Origin: the human T2T-CHM13v2.0 reference genome, Homo sapiens
Length of the DNA stretch: 64,000 bases
Direction: 5' to 3' (one strand)
Assembly (NCBI RefSeq): GCF_009914755.1
Contig: NC_060944.1
Below the pieces are notes generated by a model. That model was not told the DNA's origin. It was given only the letters and a program-made list of their open reading frames with translations, and did not search any database. A program made the translations under genes and the position numbers. Shown here one piece after another: positions 55,710 to 64,000 of this stretch (position 1 is the stretch's first letter; each line of letters begins with the position of its first letter).

Positions 55710-56767
55710 GTGCCTTAGTCCGTTCCTGATGCTGTAACAAAATACCTTAGACTAGGTCATTTATAAATAACAGAGATGTATTTCTCACACTTCTGGAGGC
55801 TGGGAAATCACAAATTCAGTATCTGATAAAGGCTTGCTCTCTGCTTCCAAGATGGCCCCTTGTTGCTCCATCCTGTGGAGGGGACAAACACTGCGTCCTC
55901 CCCTGGCAGAAGGGGTAACAAAGGGATGAACTCTCTCCCTCAAGCCCTTTTATAAAAGTACGAACCCCATTCATGAAGGCACAGCCCTCAAAACCTAATC
56001 ACCTCCTAAAGGCCCCACTTCAAAATACTATTGCAACTAGGGATTAAGTTTCAACATATATTTTAGAGGGACACAAACACTCAAATCTCAGCATTTCACC
56101 CTGCCCGCAAGCACCACCCCCCCGAAAATTTGTGTCCTTCACATACAAATACACTTTTTCTAGCCCAGTAGCCCCAAAAGTCTTGATTTGTTCCAGCACC
56201 AACATCAAAGTCTAAAGCCCAGAGTCTCATCTAAATATCATCTAAATCAGAGATGGGTGAAACTCAAGGTACGATTCATCCTGAGGCAAATTGCTCTCCA
56301 GCTGTGAACTTGTAAAATCAAACAAGTTACGTGTTTCCAAAATACAATGGTGAGACAGGCATAAAACATACATTCCCGTTCCCAAAGGGAGAAATAGGAA
56401 AGAAGAAAGGAGTAACAGGTCTCAAGTAAGTCCAAAATCCAAAAAGGCAAACAAATTCTGAGGCTTGAGAGTAACCTTTTCTGACTCTATGTCCCACCTT
56501 CTGGACACACTGGGGTGGGAGCTGGGCCTCCAAGGCTCCTAATGACCGCTCCCCCATGGCTTCACTGGGCACAGCTCATGCAGCAGCTCTCATGGGGTGG
56601 AGTCTCATGCCTGCCATTCTCCCACACTGGAATCACATGTTAGTGGGTCTGTAGTTCTGGGGTCTCAGGGCAGTCCCACCCCCACAGCTCCACTGGGCTT
56701 TGTCTTAGTGGGGGTTTTCTATGGTAGCCCCACCCCATGGCAGTTCTCTGCCTGGGCCCCGAGGCTC
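55710..56767. mobile_element. MST-like LTR (~55710-56093) plus truncated MaLR internal sequence
   Basis: LTR start tgtgccttagtccgttcctgatgctgtaacaaaatacc; internal cattcccgttcccaaagggagaaatagg...cagtcccacccccacagctccact. Confidence 0.75.
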
Positions 56768-56787
56768 TAGGGTTAGGGTTAGGGTTA
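56768..56787 (+). repeat. Short interstitial telomeric tract
   Basis: TAGGG TTAGGG TTAGGG TTA, 20 nt in perfect register. Confidence 0.75.
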
Positions 56788-57649
56788 AAGAACTGGAGCT
56801 CAGAGCCAGGGTTCTGACATGCTACACATCTCAAGTGAACTATTAACATTCTACCTAGGAATGTGCACATGGAACTCCTTCCTAGTTCCTCGAGGTCTCC
56901 AGGACTGTCACCGCTTCCTGAGAATTGGGACTATTGTGGATTAGACTTTCCAAGAAGCTTCAAATTGATGATAGGATACTAATGATTTATGAACCAAATT
57001 ATAACCAAGTCTTTGTCATTTCTGTGCCACATTTATTATGATTGGCTGGTGATCAGTCGGTACCCCCATAGGCTGTGAGCCATAGATAGTTGTACAGCTC
57101 AGGTTCTACGTCTAAATCACCTGCGGTTTTCCAGGACCGACACTGTGCCTGGCATTCACTGCTGAGAAATAAACAAAAGCATGAAGTATAAGAATGAATA
57201 TGAGAATATTGTAAGAATTAAACATAAGCCGATTAGGAAGATGTGTTCAGTACCTCCCACCTTAAAAGATAATCAAATATACAAAAATATAAAAGTACTA
57301 TCTAGTTACCAAATTACTATTTTCCATTCTTCAGTCCATTATTACTTTTTCCGAATCATGTTTGTTGTCCTTCACAGTCGTATCAATCATTCTCTTTCTC
57401 AGACCAAAGTCGGTATCTGTTCTAACTTAACACTTAGTATTCCTCTTAACCTAATTTAAGATCGTTTATTTTAATTAGGCTAAATTTATCTTGTTTTAAT
57501 TCTAATTTCCTTCTGGTCTCAAATTATCTTCTTGCTCCAGTATTTTCCCTTGACAGAGAAGACACTACTATTTATTGGAACATTTTTCTCCTTAACAGCT
57601 TCCATTCTCAGAACAGGAAGCCATGTTTCAAAAATTGACTTTCTGTTGG

Positions 57650-57748
57650 AAAATATATTCTCTGGGTGTGTCTTTTTTTACACTTATTTAGATAAGTTCG
57701 TTTGATCTAGCTAAGTGTGAAAAAAGACACACACAGAGAATATATTTT
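57650..57748. repeat. Inverted repeat (44-bp arms, 11-nt loop)
   Basis: 57650-57693 pairs with 57705-57748 at 40/44 positions. Confidence 0.92.
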
Positions 57749-58259
57749 AAAATATAAATATTTAAAATATAAATTATATTTTTGATCATTTATATTTAGG
57801 TATAAATTATCAAAATTTTTCACCCAATGAGTTCACAAAATTTAAGCTATCTTAACAAATAGAAGCAATTTAATTTCAACACAATATGCTGAAACCAAGT
57901 GGATATTTTTTAATGTTTCTTTTCTTCTGCATATGCACACTACTCCAGAGATGTGGTAGATGTTAGGACTAATGATGATAAGAAATAGAATGTATTAAGT
58001 GTTTACTATAAGCTGAAGACTTTCAATGAATTGTCTCTAATCTTGAAAACCGCTTTGCAAAGTAAATAATAGTCCCATTTCAAATACATGGAAACCAAAG
58101 CTCAGACAGATTATGTCACTTGGCTAAAGCCACACAAGTGTTAGTGTCTGAGCCCAGAGTGGAACTGGATCCACTGATTTCAAAGCCTATGCTCATCCCC
58201 AACTTCACCCCACAGCCTAAACTGACCATTTTGCTGGGGGGATGTTTCTTGGTTTGCTT

Positions 58260-58461
<202 letters not shown>

Positions 58462-59903
58462 AAAATTGACGGTCTTTGAATTAGGATCCAGAACAAGGGT
58501 TAACAACATTTAAAAATATTTGTCTTTAAATATTCTGATGCCTTTCCCTCTGAAGACTTCGGGAGGCAAGTGGGAGAAGAAGGCATAATGATTTAGGGAG
58601 GGGACTATAGTCTCCCAAACTATAGAGAGCAGCCATAGTGACAGCAATTGCTTCACTCATCAAAATCAACAGTGAAACCTAACACACGTACCGTAGATTA
58701 GTGACTCTCAGTCCAGTTACTCATTGTATAACCGGAAAAAAAAAGAAAAATTTCTTTTCAGAAATATGCATCCTAATACAAGCTCTTTTGGGGAAGGCAA
58801 ATCTCTAATGGTGGCCTAGCCTTAGTAAGCATGCAGTGAAGATAGCAGCCTTGGGACAGATTTAATGATACTTCTGGCTTTTAGATATTGCATCCCCATA
58901 TAGTTATTAAATGCACCAGCTGCTGGGCCAAGCATACCACATGCATTCATTTCTTTAGTCCTTACATTGTTCTCACCCCCAGTTGATCAAAAAGGAAAAT
59001 TAGCACAGAGTCCAAGCAACTTGCCTGAAGTCTTGCAGGCAGTTATCAGGGTGGTTGGGACTCAAATGCCTGTCTTTGACTCCACAGACCTACGTTTGTA
59101 ACCATTATGCTAGATGGTGTCAAGAACCTGCCCTGTTTCTTGGAGGGTTAGATGCTCAGGTGTAACTGCTGCAAAGCTTATGTGGTTTTGCAAACCCAAA
59201 TGAGAGCTTTTCAATTGCCCTTGGAGTTTCTTGATGCTTTCTGAGGTCCAAGGGTCTGATGGAACTCAGCAGTGCTCATAGTCCCTGATTTTACCCTTGG
59301 AACGACTACTGGGCAACAAGACAGGCCACCATTCAGGAGAAAGCAGGGCTCCTGCTGAGACATTCAAGCCTCAGGCTTCCTGGAAAGCCACATTCTGAGG
59401 AGACAAGCCTCAGCTCCCAACCAGCAACACCTCACTGGAAACCATTTGCCCTTTACCTAATGGCTTTTCTTGCCCAGCCATGTTCTCTTATTATTTCCAT
59501 GCCAGAGTACATTCTCCTAATCCATTGCTGTCCATGCCCTGTTAAATAATAATCACTTTTCCTCCCCAGGGCCGGTTTCATTTCAGAGAAATGCCAGTTG
59601 ATGCTTTAAAAATGTCAAGATTTCTACAAATCTCTTTTAGATCAGTGCTCTGATGAGCCATCCATCTCACTGTCACAAAGCTGTCTTGGGCAGCTGTCTC
59701 TCCGCTCTGGCAGTGCAGCCCACCTTCACACCTCCACACAGAAGGGAGGTGCAAGACTGGGAGCTGTGTGATGGGGCACTCACCCCCATGGCAAGCCTTC
59801 TGGCACCAGCCCCATAAAGAGGGCACTTTCTTGGGCAGCTTTCCTGAGGACACAGTGGCAGGTATTAACCTTTGGTTCCTGTGTTATTGTTGTCTTTTCA
59901 CAG

Positions 59904-59941
59904 GGATTGACTATCTCCACCCGGACCTGGCCTCCAACTAT
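59904..59941 (+). CDS. PCSK2: PCSK2 38-nt coding exon (probable exon 5; G/IDYLHPDLASNY)
   Basis: Acceptor tcttttcacag|GG, donor TAT|gtaagt. Completes the split Gly codon (G+GG) and gives the convertase motif DDGIDYLHPDL. Confidence 0.96.
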
Positions 59942-60009
59942 GTAAGTACAAGCCAACTTTGGTGGGGAAACAGATGCATCTTAAATGTCCTGGTGTCCCT
60001 GGCTATTAG

Positions 60010-60235
60010 GAACATGCACATGTCTACATGTCTATACACATGCATGCAAGTACAGGAGCATGCACACACACACACACACAGGAGTACAGCTGCTGGAACA
60101 TATGCACGCACACATGGAGGAACACACACAAACAGGAACATACACACACATGCATAAGCACAAAAGATGCACACGTACTCATAGGCACACATGCATGCAC
60201 ACACAGACAGCCACATGGGCAGCCACACTGGAACT
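60010..60235. repeat. CA-rich low-complexity tract
   Basis: Degenerate cacacatgca repeats. Confidence 0.85.
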
Positions 60236-62799
60236 GTCCATCCCATTGGAGCCACAGCTCAGGCCACAAGCAAATGGACAAGGCATGTGGCCTGGCAGCA
60301 GGCAAAGGCAGTGGCTTTGAGAGAAGAAAGAAACCTGACATCTGAAAGAGCAGAGTGCCAAGAAAGTAGGTACAGGGAGGGGGAAGAAGAGAGAGACTTG
60401 GCAAGGTTTAAATCAACTCTACCTGATGATATTGAATTGAAGGGTGGAAATGAGCCATTTGGGTTCTTGTTGGACAAAACCAAAGGCAAAAAGCCAAAAA
60501 CTGCAGTGACTCACATTGCAGCCCCAGCTTTATGAAAGTAAGAGCGTTATCTTTTTTGATTATTTGTGTCACTTATGACCACTCCACTGACTTTCCCCCA
60601 TAACATTGAGAATTACTATCCCTTGACAAACAAGCAATGTTAGCAGAGAATCACCAAAAGCCCTGCTGGGCTAGAACCACACACTCTAACTTTTGACTCA
60701 GCAATTCACACGCTGCTTTCCTGATGAAGCCCACAAGCCCTTTAAACAGAATCGATCACTTATTTTAACCCCAGGGAGTACAAGATTCAAGCATTGGTGC
60801 GTTCACTTAAAATTATCCAAACTATTTCTAAGCTATACTTCTGAGACCTCCAGATCTAGGTGTAAAAAATGTTGTCTTAGTCATTGAAGAGACTCATATT
60901 TAGAGAACAAGGGCTTGCATAAAAGAAAGGATGGTTACCCAGCAAAAAGTGTTTGGAGGTCACCAGTCTGGGTCATTTGTCCTGGAAGGCGAGTGTCTCT
61001 ACGTTGCACAAAGAAAGGGGGAATATTCCATGTGTTTCATGCACTGGGCAACAAGAAACAAGGCATTCAAGGGATCTTATAAATCTAGAAGAGCATAAAT
61101 TGAGAGGAGCATCTTTTTTAATATTAGGAAAAACTATTAAATGAATCATTGGCAGAGTCCAGCCAATGTGGCCCCAGAAAGAAATGACAGAAATTAAACC
61201 AAAGCTATATTCCCAGCAATGATAATAATCCATGTCTATGGAGAAGACCATTGTAAACTGCCTGTGCCAGCGGTCCTGTGTGTGGAGTCTGAGGAAACAG
61301 CCCTTCTCCCTGTCTCCTCATGGTGCCTTCCCTACTGAACATGAGTGGAGCTGTCTGCTGGTCTTCTCATGTACTTCCTTAAAGGGACTGCCCTGGACAC
61401 AGTCCTTGCTGCCTCTCCCTGACTATGGCTGACTCCGCTAGTGCCTTCACCTTTCCCTGCCTCCTCCATAACTGCAGGGCCCTGGAGATGTGTCAGGCAG
61501 GGGATTGAGAAGTGCTGCATTGCATTTTCTCCAAGGCTCTGATGTATCTGGGGCTGTTCCTCACAGAGAGCAAGTGTGGCAGGGATCATGGCCTCCAGGG
61601 TCGGTGGTCCTCCCTCCGAGGGCTGTCCCCACTCCACCCTCTGCAGACAGAAGCATTGATATTCTCCACAGTTCCCTCCATCTCCAGGACCCAGTGCCTC
61701 ACAGGGCAGCCACGTGGAGTTCTGCTCACTTTCCCAAACCATACTTGGGGAAACAATCATCTTGTCACTTGGAGGACTTCAAGGTGGGGTGGTACCCATT
61801 GGGCTGGAGAGCTGAGGGCACATGGCCTGTCTCCTGTGCATAGCATAACCCCACAAAGGCCTAAGACATGGAGACCGACCTCTGCATCCTTCCCTTCTCC
61901 CTGCCTAGCCCAGGCAGTTCCTGTCAGGCTGCTCCCAACTCCAGCTGCCAGATTCGAAAAAGATAGTCATTCATTGGGGGCAAGAATCCTCTGGGGTTCC
62001 AGTGAGCTGCAGGTACAATGTTAGTGGATGGTGTGATCCATCTGCCAAAACCTTCATCTGAAATTGGAATGTGAAACCTCCATATTGAGCCGTGCCAGCT
62101 CCTCTGAGATCTGCAATACCAGAATACACCTGAAGAACTCTTATCGGTTCTGTGAGTCTCAAGTTCTTTTTTCTTCTTTTCTTTCTTAAGAACATTTTTC
62201 TGATTAAAAAATAAATGCATGTTATCTGTCAAAAAATATGAAAAAGCATAAAACAGATTCAAAACTAGCCATAATACCACCATTCTTATTATTTTGACAT
62301 ATTTGGGGCCTTTAATTTCTATGTGTCTATTTTTAATGAAATTGAGCTCTTATTGCATATTCTTCCCTTCTGCTTGATGTGCCATAAACATTTTTATGCT
62401 ATTAAATATTCTCCAAAACATAATTTTAAGGGCTACATGGCATTAGCTCATGCTATAATTTATTTAAACATTCTGATCTCCAATTGTTGAACAATTAGGT
62501 TGTTTCCAATCAGTGTTTCACTGTAAGAGGGAGATGAGATGGCAGACAGTAACATGGGTGGACTCCAAGCCATACCATGCTAAGGAGAACTGAAAGAACT
62601 GGAAAAGCTTTTCCTGGAAAAAAGAAAACAGGCACATTGAGTATGTTTTCAAATATTTCAAATTCTCCTGGTACAATGAGGCATTCCACTTGTTCAGTAA
62701 TTTCTCCCGAGAAAATTCTCACCAATGGGTGGTAACCACAGAAGCAAAATTTTAACTCAGTCAAAGGAAGAACTGTCTAGTGATTAAGATAGTAAATTA

Positions 62800-63215
<416 letters not shown>

Positions 63216-63749
63216 CTAGATGAGACCTAAGAATTGAACAGAAAATGTGATTTCTGTGCAAAACTGCGCATCTTGATAACTTTCATTCAGAGCAAAGTCT
63301 GAGTCTTCAACTTGTATCAAACACTTGGAAGCTGACAATGAAATTATATATATTTACATATGGCTGTGAAAATGTTCTGCCTCTGGTATAGATGAGAAAA
63401 CTGAACACCTAACTACCTCGTGCTTGATTCCTCAGCAGAGGGCCCAAACTGGCTGGTTTTTAATGGCACAGTGTCTCTCTCACCCTGTGTAGAGTTCAGA
63501 GTGGCAACTTCGGAGCTACTAACCACACTAATCTTCTTTATTTTTAATTAAAAATTTTACACTATCATTAACACAATGAGGACAGCAAATAGAGTAGACC
63601 AGCCCAGGAGAGCAATGAAACCAGTAGACAGTGATAGGCTCGAAAATTGTTTGAGCAGAGAATTAGCAGGCAGCTTCACACCTCGTTAAGTGACCTAATG
63701 GCTTGGAGGGATGAGCCAGCCTGGTGCCCCTTGAGAGAGAGGTACTTGG

Positions 63750-64000
63750 TGGAGTCTTTGCTTGGGTTTCCCTAGAAGCAGACTCTGAAGCAAGGGTTTG
63801 AGTACAAGTAGGTTATTTGGAAGAGGATTCTAGGAAGCAGGGGTAGAGGACAGGGAATGAGTCCGGGAAGGAAAGGTAGCTTGTAAACGGGGCAGTTATC
63901 AAACAAGACAGCACTGTGGGCACTGAGGCTTAATCTCACTGGGCAGCTCTGGGAGACAGCATAGAATATGTGAGCCAGAGTGATCCCCCTTGGGATGTGA
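63750..64000. mobile_element. ERVL LTR (LTR16/33-like), runs off the window
   Basis: gggtttccctagaagcagactctgaagcaagggtttgagtacaagtaggttatttgg. Confidence 0.6.

Noticed and set aside
61332-62024. ORFs of 117-170 aa as a further exon or nested gene
   Set aside because: No convertase similarity; the expected next PC2 peptide (NAEASYDF..., from memory) was not seen in the window.

Overview
Repeat-rich primate (human-like) genomic DNA lying inside PCSK2 (prohormone convertase 2, PC2) on the + strand. The first ~49 kb is the 3' part of a very long intron (intron 2 by my recollection of the gene structure). Three coding exons follow: 48990-49103 (end of prodomain, RKKR maturation site), 51196-51304 (catalytic Asp, IMDDG) and a 38-nt exon at 59904-59941. 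All have AG/GT boundaries and join into one continuous frame. The rest is Alu, L1, L2/MIR, MaLR/ERVL LTRs, hAT MITEs and simple repeats; subfamily names are by-eye and repeat boundaries are approximate. Apart from those overlapping the exons, the supplied ORFs look spurious or repeat-derived. I see no clear new multi-gene system. Best leads: AG|GT recursive-splice-like sites at the first exon, an intragenic CpG island with a 5' splice site, three long near-perfect hairpins, a near-consensus RFX X-box, a telomeric tract at an ERV breakpoint and a 36-bp minisatellite.
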